Below the pieces are notes generated by a model, which did not search any database, was not told the DNA's origin, and saw only the letters and a program-made list of their open reading frames with translations. Positions 31,553 to 44,600 of a stretch of DNA of 64,000 nucleotides are shown in pieces. The stretch spans positions 62,001-126,000 of the forward strand of contig NIVC01000988.1 of NCBI GenBank assembly GCA_002269645.1, in the 5' to 3' direction. Numbering within the stretch: the stretch's first letter is position 1; each line of letters opens with the position of its first letter. The stretch comes from Macrostomum lignano (Eukaryota). A program made the position numbers and the translations under genes.

Positions 31553-32430
31553 AACTCACCTCACTCCACACCCACCTCACTCTACACCCACCTCACTCCA
31601 CACCCACCTAACTCCACACCCACCTCACTCCACACCCACCTCACTCCACACCCACCTCACTCCACACCCACCTCACTCCGCACCCACCTCACTCCACACC
31701 CACCTTACTCCTCCTCCACCTCACTTAACACCCACCTCACTCCACATCCACCTCACTTAACACCCACCTCAATCCACACCCACCTCACTCCACACCCACC
31801 TCACTCCACACCCACCTCACTCCACACCCACCTCACTCCACACCCACCTCACTCCACACCCACCTCACTCCACACCCACCTCACTCCACACCCACCTCAC
31901 TCCACACCCACCTCACTCCACACCCACCTCACTCCACACCCACCTCACTCCACACCCACCTCACTCCACACCCACCTCACTCCACACCCACCTCACTCCA
32001 CACCCACCTCACTCCACACCCACCTCACTCCACACCCACCTCACTCCACACCCACCTCACTCCACACCCACCTTACTCCTCCTCCACCTCACTTAACACC
32101 CACCTCACTCCACATCCACCTCACTTAACACCCACCTCAATCCACACCCACCTCACTCCACACCCACCTCACTCCACACCCACCTCACTCCACACCCACC
32201 TCACTCCACACCCACCTCACTCCACACCCACCTCACTCCACACCCACCTCACTCCACACCCACCTCACTCCACACCCACCTCACTCCACACCCACCTCAC
32301 TCCACACCCACCTCACTCCACACCCACCTCACTCCACACCTACCTCACTCCACACCCACCTCACTCCACACCCACCTCACTCCACACCCACCTCACTCCA
32401 AACCCACCTCACTCCACACGCACCTCACTC
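31553..32430 (+). repeat. 16-bp minisatellite family B (CACCCACCTCACTCCA)
   Basis: ~54 units. Confidence 0.95.
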
Positions 32431-33103
32431 AAACATCCATATTATAGTTTCTGATCACTCCATACTACTCCATACTTACGATAAACATTTTTAATTATAG
32501 TGGTTTTATAAGTTTAATATTGAATCATAACAATAATCAATAACATTTATGTGGAATATTATAAACTTTAAAATAGGATTGATTGCGCTAATAATAGTAC
32601 ATTATGTTTTACTGAAGCAATGCCTGAATTCTAAGCATCCAAGCTGTAGGAACTCGATGACAAAGTCTGTAGAGAGTCAACTGTATAACGATATATTGCA
32701 TTTCATTTCAAGATAATATTTCAGCAGGTCAACGTTAATTAACTTTGTAAGCGTTTTCTAACCATGCAGAATGAAAATGCTTGTTGAATATCAGAAAATA
32801 TAAAAAAGCCTCCCAATTCGATGAAAAGTCTTGAATAATTAAAACTTCATTTTCGACAGTTATAGTTGTTAGTTTATAGCTCGTAACATGTGAAAGAAAG
32901 CTTTCATGTGGATTATTGCGATTTTTAAAAATGATCCTGATAGTTACGAGCATACTGCATATTCAATGGGTTTATGGTTGAGACTTAGAGAACTATGAAT
33001 ACCGAAAATGTGGGACGCTGCACTCGAAATCGGGTTAGCGTCTGTTTAAGTTTTCACTGGGAAATGGCGGTCAGCACACAGATCAGTGGCGTTCGCAGTG
33101 GGC

Positions 33104-33285
33104 GCGCCTGTCTCTTGATGGGAGCCCCTGTCTCTTGATGGGAGACCCTGTCTCTTGGTGGGAGCCCCTGTCTCTTGGTGGGCGCCCCTGTCTCTTAGTG
33201 GGCGCCCCCTGTCTCTTGTTGGGCGCCCTTATTTCTTGGTGGACGCCCCTGTCTCTTTTTGAGCGCCCCTGTCTCTTGATGGGTG
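33104..33285 (+). repeat. 20-bp minisatellite family A, degenerate array 4
   Basis: cccctgtctcttgRtggg units. Confidence 0.85.
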
Positions 33286-33659
33286 CTAAAAATTTCTTAA
33301 ATAATTATTAATGCATTAGTGAAGCACCTTGCAGATAAATATTAAATAGGTGAATTTTTTACGATTCATACGCCAGTGCAGCGGCTGCCGTAGCCAAGAG
33401 GGCAGTACAGACTACTCAGACAATATGCCAGGATAGCAAGAAACACAAATTATTACCAGAAAGCAAGCATTGACTACGATACTTGAGATAGTAGATATTC
33501 AAACAATGTCCAAGAACAAGCATTGCTTTTAAACTACATACAGGCGAGCAGTTGACGATTGAAGCTCATAAACCATGCTTTTATTGATAATAATAATAAT
33601 CAAAATTATTGAAATGTGTCAAACGCCAAGTGAATGCGAAAGCTGATAGAAATAACTGA

Positions 33660-35875
33660 TGTAACCGCCCTTGTCGCCTGTCCGCTCCGTTGAGAGACGA
33701 ACACATGACTAGAGGGGCAATGACCGTAGGCTGCCTATGACCGGGCAATGGCCTGACGGACCTCCAGCACCAGACTGTCCCGCCCACATGATTGATAGCT
33801 TTGGTAGCGCTTTGTGACCAGAGGGCCAAGGACCCACATGGACCCCACCTGTAGCCAAGGTGCAATAGTTGGTCACTCGGTCAGAGTTTGACCGAGTGGC
33901 TGCCACCACTCTATGTGACCTGGCGCACCTGGATCTTTCTACCAGACCTCTCGAGGCTAGAGCCCCGCCTGGGATGGTTACCAGGAGATTTAGGCTAACA
34001 GGGGAGACACATGCAGCCGAGTACAGGGACTCTGCTTGGGGCATGATCGGGAACTCTGGGCTCAATCTGGAGGATTTCTCAGCAGGGGATCCTTTGTGGC
34101 TGTGAGCGAGGCTAACTTACGACTTTGATTACTAAGAGTAGTATGAGGCGAACATGTACTGTCTGTAGTTTAGATTGCTCAGGGCGAAGGAACGCGTCAG
34201 CATGGGGTTGCAACCTTCCTACTGCCATTCTGTACCAAGACTCGCTAATCCCTCTACTGCACGCACACGCGGCCCTGCAGCACGCACTCACAGGCGGGCT
34301 TTGCACGGGGAGAGACCATTAGCTTACCCAAACTTCCTTATGCTTTGCCACCCCGGGAGAAAGGCTTAGCAAGCCATGAGTGAAATGATGGTTAAAGAGT
34401 GAATAATGATGGAGTTAGTTAATAGTTAATAATTAGGCCCTTAGGCAAATAATCAGGCAATTAGGCGGCTTCACTACTGAGTAGAATACAGCAATGAGTT
34501 ACGGTATCACAATTGGCTCAGCTCTCTAATCAGACAATGGAAAAATAGGCAAACCCCGGATAAGCAAGGCGATTAGAGCACAAATTAGTAACAGGAACTT
34601 ACCGGCAGCTGCACAGAGAGAGAGAGAGGCGGGGTGACCAAGGGCGGCTGTAAGCTGCAGTCAGGCAGACAGTGAAGCGGCGATGCGCTGAAGCGACGAG
34701 GCGCTGATGTAGGCACTGATACCGCCCAGATGCTGATGATGCTGGGCGGTATCAGACCGCTGGCCGATAGGCGAGCTCACTTGGGGAGCAAAGGTAACTT
34801 GGCGGTATCAGACCGCGGACCGGCAGAGGTTCGTCCTATAGACGAATAGGTCAGATCAAGGTCTGACAGCAAGTCCACAGTAGGACGAGAAGGAACGCGT
34901 CTGAGGATTCTCATGCCGAAATCGCTTCCTTTTATAGACCTCACTGCCGCCTCCTCAAGGTCGTTACCATGGCTCCCTCTCTCTGATTGGCTGCCGGCAG
35001 AATGACGTCAGAATGAGTCATGATGAGAAGCATGAGACCGGCATAGCAACATGAGAAATAGGGAAATTGCGCAATCCGGAGGTGGGGTGGGGGATAATTG
35101 GCGCAGCGGGTGGTCGCGAAAGTGTTGCGCAAGCAAACATTGAGAACAATAGGGCTGGGGTCGAGAACAAAGGAATTGGAAATCGGGGATAATTGGGGAG
35201 AACTGAGAACAATGGAAAAGTAAACATTGGAGAAAAGGTGATAATTAGGTGCGAAAACGAGAACAAAAGAAAGAGAAAATCGGAGAAAATGTGATAATTG
35301 GTGGGGGTCGAGAGAACAAAAGAATCAAAAACGAGAACAATAGAAGCGGAGGTGGGGTGGGTGTCGCATGAGAAATTTGGGAAGGAGAACAATGGCGTGA
35401 GAAAAGGTTGCGCAAGAGAGGGGGATGAGTCATCGATGAGTCCCCGAGGGGGAGAAGGGGTCACACGACTTGCGTCACCGTTTGGGAGTTTGGGAGGGGA
35501 TGGGGAGACGGTGAGCACACAAAATACTGTAAGTAGACACAGGGAAAGAGGGGACAGCGCAGGAAAAGAGTGCAGAGGGAGACAAAAAGAGGGGGGATAG
35601 GGAAAGTACAGGAAGAATAGGGCGGATAACAGAAGAGATAGGGTAGAGGGGGAGGTACAGAAAGGGGTAGGGAGCTCCGGAAAGGCAGGTGTGGCGGCAG
35701 GGGAGACGGAACCAAGGCAGCAGGAGGGGTGCAGCAGAGCGGGAGTCTCCAGGCCTGGTCGGAGACCTGGCCGAGTCTCGACAACTCTGTGCAGGGGGTG
35801 CACGGGATAGGAGGCACTTTCGAAAAAGTTCCCATGCCCTATCCCGCGACCAGAGCGTGGTTACATCATAACCAA
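33660..35875 (-). mobile_element. Putative solo-LTR-like / non-coding promoter-bearing element
   Basis: 7-bp terminal inverted repeat TGTAACC (33660) ... GGTTACA (35875) and an internal Pol II promoter set on the minus strand; no target-site duplication found and no long ORF. Confidence 0.35.
34930..35020 (-). promoter_or_regulatory. Pol II core/proximal promoter: AP-1 (TGAGTCA 35014-35020), CRE (TGACGTCA 35003-35010), CCAAT (34990-34986), TATAAAA (34936-34930), Inr-like TCAGAC near 34902
   Basis: Exact consensus motifs in canonical order and spacing on the minus strand; downstream donor CG|GTAAGT at 34603. Confidence 0.6.
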
Positions 35876-36078
35876 AATGTGCGAAATGTGCAGTGCCAGC
35901 GTACAGTATTGGCGCGCAACGGTTTTCGCCGAAGGCGTTGTGTAGTTTAATTATAATTTAAGTTTAAAAAATCGTTTTCTAAGTAGACACTGAAATTATT
36001 CTTGAAGCATGAACCCAAAAAAGTTCGGGAATCTGGCTTAAAATCGTTAATACACAACGGCGTGTTAAAAAAACATGC

Positions 36079-36549
36079 TCAGCACATTGTAGTGTCGCCA
36101 GACTTTCTGGGACTGCATCGCTCCGTGTCGCTGTCGCTGTCGCTGCTGCTGACTTCATCGCGATTGTCAAGAGCGTCGCTGTTGCCGCCAGAACTTGACG
36201 AATTATTCTCAGTCTGCGAGGCCGACATGTAGGGAAATGATGATAGCGAACCGTGCGGATAGAAGGGCTGGCTGGGTACGCCTAGCTGCTGTTGCAGTTG
36301 CTGGCTGGCACCGTTGTTGGAGTCGAGGCATTCAATCTCGTCCCCGATGGTTGAGCTGGTCTTGTCGCGGTGCTTCTCGTTGAGTCTGGTCTGAGGCCGC
36401 TCGTGCTTCCAGGTCGTTGCTGCGGCTGCGGTGCGTTTCTTGTAAACTGCGCTCTTCTTTCTTGGCTTCTGTTGTTGCTGCTCTCCCGATTGGGGGACTC
36501 GACCGCTCTCCCGTGTGGTCTTGGCCCGCTCAATTTGACGCCGTTTAAC
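36079..36549 (-). CDS. Unlisted 157-codon open exon (VKRRQIERAK...QQLQQQLGVPSQPFYP...DSDSDTERCSPRKSGDTTMC*), candidate alternative/long terminal exon of the P2X gene
   Basis: AACAG acceptor at 36551/36550, stop-free phase-0 frame to TGA at 36081-36079; phase matches the P2X donor at 38678; absent from the ORF track, which requires a start codon. Confidence 0.5.
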   Translation of the reverse strand, partial: VKRRQIERAKTTRESGRVPQSGEQQQQKPRKKSAVYKKRTAAAATTWKHERPQTRLNEKHRDKTSSTIGDEIECLDSNNGASQQLQQQLGVPSQPFYPHGSLSSFPYMSASQTENNSSSSGGNSDALDNRDEVSSSDSDSDTERCSPRKSGDTTMC

Positions 36550-37499
36550 CTGTTTGTCATATTGACATTCAATACGAGCTATTTAAATTGTTTGATTTCA
36601 TAGACTGATTTTTTATATTTGTGACGTATGTCTTTATTTTGTTATAATTATTGATTTTTCTGACGATACTCTAAACTACAGACTCTAAATTAGGCTAATT
36701 TCTGCAACAGAGCTTCGTGAAGAATTTTTTAAGGAACTAATCGTTTCTAGCTTGCTTTTTCAGCCTTAAAAGCTGAGTGCTCTGATCAACCTAGAAGCTT
36801 TTTTCAAGGACTACTCAAGTACCGGTAGAAGGACGTTTCTAGGAAAATTTGCCATCAAACATACCAAATTTGATGGCAGAACTGCCATCAGCCCTGGTTG
36901 CGGGACGCTGTCGCCAGGGCGCCCCACAGCTTCTTAATAATTAGGCTAATTTCCGCAAAAAGTTAAACTATATTTAGAACTTGCCTGTCCTGCGCAGGCA
37001 CCGATGAAGCATCAGAAATAGTCGCTGGCAAGTAAGCTGAGTTGCTTATTTTACTTATTAATTCCCTAGCTACATTCCTCATTGGCTGAATGCTCGCGAG
37101 TCTCAAAACTCTGAGGCCTTCGCTGCGTTGAAATTTGACTCTAATTTCCTTTTCTAACTCTGTCTCCTTTCTGAGTCGCTGCTCTGACGTCTTCTGCTTC
37201 AGACAGTTACCTAATATAAGTTGAGCCAAAATTTCCCAGGGCTTCAAAATGTTAATCCCACAGACTGATAATGAAGAGCTCAATCTTGTGGGCCGCCTGC
37301 TTTTAGGTATTCCTTTTCCCGCTCTCTTCGTTTCGCTTTCGTCCCTCGGTCAAAAAACATTTCCAAGCTATAATTGACAACATTTGGTGAATTATTAATC
37401 CCCATAAAAGCTTCTTAGGGATTGGTGAATGAAACCAGCATGATTTACAGGAGCGAGCTAAAGTGCAAGTTCAGCAATTCTCTCGACTGAACAGACAGA

Positions 37500-37719
37500 T
37501 CAAGGGCTGTTTTTCGGTTGCTGTAGGGGTTGTTCGGCCTGAAGGTGATTAATTTTCTGAACGTTCACGAATCAATTAATTAATACTAACATAAAATTAA
37601 TCAGTCATTTCATCACTAAATAGAAAAGTCGATTAATTAATTATTAAATTTTTCACGACAACAAATCAACTACGAATATATTCAATCAATTAATCAATCA
37701 AACCAACCAATTAGTCAAC

Positions 37720-37758
<39 letters not shown>

Positions 37759-37837
37759 CCAATCAATCAATCAATTAATCAATAAATAAATTAATCAATC
37801 AGTCAATCAATCAATCAATCAGACAATCAATCAATCG

Positions 37838-37906
<69 letters not shown>

Positions 37907-37959
37907 CCAATCAGTCAATTAATCTACCAAACCAGTCATTCAGTCAACTAATCAACCAG

Positions 37960-37994
<35 letters not shown>

Positions 37995-38104
37995 ATCAAT
38001 CAATCAATCGATCAATCAATCAATCAATCAATCAATTAATCAATCAACCAATCAATCAATCAATTAATCTACCAAACCAATCAATCAGTCAACTAATCAA
38101 CCAG

Positions 38105-38144
<40 letters not shown>

Positions 38145-38272
38145 GCGATAAAATCAATAAATCAATCAAACAATCAATCAATCAATCGATTAATCAATCA
38201 ATCGATCAATCAATAAATCGATCAATCAATCAGTACATCAATCAATCAATTAATTAATCAATCAATCAAGTG

Positions 38273-38309
<37 letters not shown>

Positions 38310-38312
38310 GCG

Positions 38313-38408
<96 letters not shown>

Positions 38409-38460
38409 ATCAATCAATCAGTACATCAATCAATCAATCAATTAATCAATCAATCAAGTG

Positions 38461-38501
<41 letters not shown>

Positions 38502-38552
38502 GCGATCAATCAATCAATCAATCAAACAATCAATCAATCAATAAATCAATCG

Positions 38553-38612
<60 letters not shown>

Positions 38613-41600
38613 GTCAATCAGTCAATCATAAACACAAGCCATCTCAACCCTAAACCAAGTGAGACAATCGCCCCTACCTTGTCAATCTTGGCGTGTCGGT
38701 ACTTCTTTCTCTTGCGCATAATGTTGAGCACAATGATGTCGCACAGCACAGTGGCCAGCGTGAGCAGCGCCAATCCAGAGCCCAGATTCATAGTAAAGTT
38801 GAGAATATCAAATTTTCCGCCTCGGCCCGTGACGCTGATAAAGAATTGAATGCCGAAAGCTTTCACCAATGTGCGCTTGTGAACGCCATTCTCTTCGTAG
38901 TGATAGGCGTGACTGAAGAAAAAGAAATTGGTTGAGGATAATTAACTAAAATTCAATGAAATAAAATGCAATTAAACCGTCGATTCATGCGATTAGTTTC
39001 TGCTTATTTTTTTCAAATAAAATTAGAAACTACGAAACACTCAATGGTTTAAAATGTGTGTTTACAGTGTGTATTTATATTGTGGTTTAGAATGTGTGTT
39101 TACAGTGTGTATTTAAATGGTGGTCTAGACTCTATAATGTGTGTTTACAGTGTGTATTTATATTGTGGTTTAGAATGTGTGTTTACAGTGTTTATTTATA
39201 TTGTGGTTTAGAATGTGTGTTTACAGTGTGTATTTAAATGGTGGTCTAGACTCTATAATGTGTGTTTACAGTGTGTATTTATATTGTGGTTTAGAATTTG
39301 TGTTTACAAAAATGTGTTTAAATGGAGGTTTAGATTTTAAAAACAAGATTTTAGGGATTAGTTGTTCAACTCGACACGTACCGCTATACTATTCGTTTTT
39401 ACCTAAGTAGTAAGTGCAGAAAATTACGCAAAATCAAAACGACAGCTACATGCTTAATTACTGACCGAAAATTCCAACCCTGACCGACTTTGCCGTCCTC
39501 CAGACTCCGAAATCTGTAGTCCGGTTTGCAGTGCTCTTCGTCGAAGTCGAAGTTACATTCCCAGTGAATATCGATAGCCACCATGCCTGCAAGAATATCA
39601 TAATTACTTATTAATTGACTTCTTATAGAGCCCCTATTCACCGTTCACAGGTTCATAGGACAAAAAAGACTCACTCTTCACCCCAGTCACTCTTCACCCA
39701 AGCCACTCTTCCCCCTAGTCACTCTTCAACCAAGTCACTCTTCACCCAAGTCACTCTTCACCCAAGCCACACTTCACCTAGGTTCTTGGTTCACACTTCA
39801 CCCAAGCCACACTTCACCCAAGCCACTCTTCCCCCTAGTCACTCTTCACCCAAGTCACTCTTAACCCCAGTCACTCTTCACACAAGTCACTCTTCACCCA
39901 AGCCACACTTCACCCAAGCCACTCTTCCCCCTAGTCACTCTTCACCCAAGTCACTCTTAACCCCAGTCACTCTTCACACAAGTCACTCTTCACCCAAGCC
40001 ACACGTCACCTAGGTTCTTGGTTCACACTTCGCCCAAGTCACTCTTCACCCAAGTCACACTTCACCCAAGTCACACTTCACCCAAGTCACTCTTCACCCA
40101 AGCCTCACTTCACCCAAGCCACACTTCACCCAAGCCACACTTCACCCAAGCCTCACTTCACCCAAGCCTCACTTCACCCAAGCCACACTTCACCCAAGCC
40201 TCACTTCACCCAAGCCTCACTTCACCCAAGCCACACTTCACCCAAGCCACTCTTCACCCAAGCCTCACTTCACCCAAGCCTCACTTCACCCAAGCCACAC
40301 TTCACCCAAGCCACACTTCACCCAAGCCACACTTCACCCAAGCCACACTTCACCCAAGCCACACTTCACCCAAGCCTCACTTCACCCAAGCCTCACTTCA
40401 CCCAAGCCACACTTCACCCAAGCCTCACTTCACCCAAGCCACACTTCACCCAAGCCACACTTCACCCAAGCCACACTTCACCCAAGCCACACTTCACCCA
40501 AGCCACACTTCACCCAAGCCACTCTTCACCCAAGTCACACTTCACCCAAGTCACACTTCACTCAAGTCACACTTCACCCAAGTCACACTTCACCCAAGTC
40601 AGCGCCTCTCGTATCTCAGATCTTAATTAGATTAATATTTATCTTTACGCCAAATACTTATCAGTAGTAGTCTCACCTCCTGTGATCCAAATTTGTTTCG
40701 CAGCCTCCTGACTGATAGACTGTCCGTACTTGATGATGTCACCCAAACGAAATATCGGACAGTATTTATCAACTGGACTGTCCGGACTGTATTTGCACGT
40801 CTTCAAGTATCTGTCAGTCATCGAGGACAGAATGTTGCGACGCTTCACTTTGAATTTGGGAAATTCCACGCTGTTTTTAATTAATACGGTGAAGTTTTTT
40901 ACTCGGGTCATTAGCACCTGGAAGTTTTTGTTGTGGGCGAAGGCTGCTTTATTCAATAGGGTAATTTGATAAGGTTAGAATTACTCAGTTGAAACGGGTA
41001 GAACTCTCAGTAAGAATGGGTAGAACTCTCAGTAAGAATGGAAAGAACTCTCAGTAAGAATGGGTAGAACTCATCAACGAGAATGGGTAGAACTCATCAG
41101 TAAGAATGGATAGAACTCTCAGTAAGAACGGGTAGAACTCTCAGTAAGAACGGGTAGAACTCTCAGTAAGAAGGGTAGAACTCATCAGTAAGAATGGGTA
41201 GAACTCTCAGTAAGAAGGGTAGAACTCATCAGTAAGAATGGGTAGAACTCTCAGTAAGAACGGGTAGAACTCTCAGTAAGAATGGGTAGAACTCTCAGTA
41301 AGAACGGGTAGAACTCTATAGTAAGAACGGGTAGAACTCTCAGTAAGAAGGGTAGAACTCATCAGTAAGAATGGGTAGAACTCATCAGTAAGAACGGGTA
41401 GAACTCATCAGAAAGAACGGGTAGAACTCTATAGTAAGAACGGGTAGAACTCTCAGTAAGAAGGGTATAACTCATCAGAAAGAAGGGGTAGATCTCTCAG
41501 TAAGAATGGGTAGAACTCTATAGTAAGAACGGGTAGAACTCTCAGTAAGAAGGGTATAACTCATCAGAAAGAAGGGGTAGAACTCTCAGTAAGAAGGGGT

Positions 41601-44600
41601 AGAATTCATCAGTAAGAAGGGTAGAACTCATCAGTAAGAAGGGGTAGAACTCTCAGTAAGAATGGGTAGAACTCATCAGTAAGAAGGGGTAGAACTCTCA
41701 GTAAGAAGGGGTAGAACTCATCAACGAGAATGGGTAGAACTCATCAACGAGAATGGGTAGAACTCTCAGTAAGAAGGGGTAGAACTCATCAGTAAGAAGG
41801 GGTAGAACTCTCAGTAAGAAGGGGTAGAACTCTCAGTAAGAAGGGGTAGAACTCTCAGTAAGAAGGGGTAGAACTCATCAGTAAGAAGGGGTAGAACTCT
41901 CAGTAAGAAGGGGTAGAACTCATCAGTAAGAAGGGGTAGAACTCTCAGTAAGAATGGGTAGAACTCATCAGTAAGAAGGGGTAGAACTCTCAGTAGGAAG
42001 GGGTAGAACTCTCAGTAGGAAGGGGTAGAACTCTCAGTAGGAAGGGGTAGAACTCTCAGTAGGAAGGGGTAGAACTCATCAACGAGAACGGGTAGAACTC
42101 TCAGTAAGAAGGGGTAGAACTCTCAGTAAGAAGGGGTAGAACTCTCAGTAAGAAGGGGTAGAACTCTCAGTAAGAAGGGGTAGAACTCTCAGTAAGAAGG
42201 GGTAGAACTCATCAGTAAGAAGGGGTAGAACTCTCAGTAAGAAGGGGTAGAACTCTCAGTAAGAAGGGGTAGAACTCTCAGTAAGAAGGGGTAGAACTCT
42301 CAGTAAGAAGGGGTAGAACTCATCAGTAAGAAGGGGTAGAACTCTCAGTAAGAAGGGGTAGAACTCTCAGTAAGAAGGGGTAGAACTCTCAGTAAGAAGG
42401 GGTAGAACTCATCAGTAAGGGGTAGAACTCTCAGTAAGAAGGGGTAGAACTCTCAGTAAGAAGGGGTAGAACTCTCAGTAAGAAGGGGTAGAACTCTCAG
42501 TAAGAAGGGGTAGAACTCATCAGTAAGAAGGGGTAGAACTCTCAGTAAGAAGGGGTAGAACTCTCAGTAAGAAGGGGTAGAACTCTCAGTAAGAAGGGGT
42601 AGAACTCATCAGTAAGGGGTAGAACTCTCAGTAAGAAGGGGTAGAACTCTCAGTAAGAAGGGGTAGAACTCTCAGTAAGAAGGGGTAGAACTCTCAGTAA
42701 GAAGGGGTAGAACTCATCAGTAAGAAGGGGTAGAACTCTCAGTAAGAAGGGGTAGAGTTCATCAGTAAGAAGGGTAGAACTCTCAGTAAGAAGGGTAGAA
42801 CTCATCAGTAAGAAGGGGTAGAACTCTCAGTAAGAATGGGTAGAACTCATCAGTAAGAAGGGGTAGAACTCTCAGTAAGAAGGGGTAGAACTCATCAACG
42901 AGAATGGGTAGAACTCATCAACGAGAATGGGTAGAACTCTCAGTAAGAAGGGGTAGAACTCATCAGTAAGAAGGGGTAGAACTCTCAGTAAGAAGGGGTA
43001 GAACTCTCAGTAAGAAGGGGTAGAACTCTCAGTAAGAAGGGGTAGAACTCTCAGTAAGAAGGGGTAGAACTCTCAGTAAGAAGGGGTAGAACTCATCAGT
43101 AAGAAGGGGTAGAACTCTCAGTAAGAATGGGTAGAACTCATCAGTAAGAAGGGGTAGAACTCTCAGTAGGAAGGGGTAGAACTCATCAACGAGAACGGGT
43201 AGAACTCATCAACGAGAATGGGTAGAACTCATCAACGAGAATGGGTAGAACTCATCAGTAAGAAGGGGTAGAACTCTCAGTAAGAAGGGGTAGAACTCTC
43301 AGTAAGAAGGGGTAGAACTCTCAGTAAGAAGGGGTAGAACTCTCAGTAAGAAGGGGTAGAACTCTCAGTAAGAAGGGGTAGAACTCATCAGTAAGAAGGG
43401 GTAGAACTCTCAGTAAGAAGGGGTAGAACTCTCAGTAAGAAGGGGTAGAACTCTCAGTAAGAAGGGTAGAACTCATCAGAAAGAATTATCAAACTGCTTG
43501 GCACACCGCCAAAGAAAATGCTAGCCTACTTTATTAAGTAGTATATTTTAGCCTCAGCAGTTATGCGGCCTATAAGTTTTCTCATTTTTTTCAACATAAT
43601 CGTTTTCTTCTTTTTTTATAATTTTTTAACCATTCACTCACAAAGTCAGTGCTTCCCCAGCTGGTTATAAATATGATTAACTGGAGTCTCTAATTGCTCT
43701 TTATTACCTCCTGATAATTATACAATTAATTCTGAGGCTCTGTCAGCAGCAGATCCAAGTGTCTGTACTAAATGCCTCTTCATGGACTAATGCACCGGGC
43801 ACATGTACGCGGCATTTAAGCTGGTTATAGAAATCCTTGCTTTTTCAGCTCTAAATAGAATAGGACTTCTGCACTATCATAACCCTCATTCTGGCACAGA
43901 CTGCAGCTTCCATGCATCACCCCCATTCCCCATCAGTGGTAGATTTTGATGAGCGGAAACTCTTTCTGCTACTTCAAGGCGGCCAACAAAGAAAAATTAC
44001 AGAAAGGTCAATTTTGGGAAGCTAATTGCAGACAGTGGCATGAAATATTTACTGTTTTGCTGAGTGTTTGGCGAGGACTGAGGACGATCAGGCGAAGCGA
44101 GATTGTCTGGGGTGAATTGGGTGCATAATGAGGTAGATGCGGAGTGAGGTGGGTGTTGATTGAGGTCAGGTGGGTATAGAGTGAGGCTCGTGTAGAATGA
44201 GGTGAGTGCGGAGTGAGGTGGGTACAAGGTGAAGTGGATGTGGAATGAGCTGTGGACAGGAGTGAGATGGGTGAGGAATGAGGTGGGTGAGGAGTGAGGT
44301 GGGTGAGGAGTGAGGTGGGTGAGGAGTGAGGTGGGTGAGGAGTGAGATGGGTGTGGAGTGAGGTGGGTGAGGAGTGAGGTGGGTGAGGAGTGAGGTGGGT
44401 GTGGAGTGAGGTTGGTGAGGAGTGAGGTGGGTGAGGAGTGAGGTGGGTGAGGAGTGAGGTGGATGAGGAGTGAGGTGGGTGAGGAGTGAGGTGGGTGAGG
44501 AGTGAGGTGGGTGAGGAGTGAGATGGGTGTGGAGTGAGGTGGGTGAGGAGTGAGGTGGGTGAGGAGTGAGGTGGGTGAGGAGTGAGGTGGGTGAGGAGTG

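Noticed and set aside
34962-34985. GTTACCA followed by TGGCTCCC as an LTR end plus tRNA-Asp primer-binding site
   Set aside because: Only 8 nt match the tRNA 3' end and no gag-pol follows
36963-37283. 106-aa charged ORF as an independent gene or definite P2X exon
   Set aside because: No ATG context or homology; would need a weak acceptor and a GC donor; left unresolved
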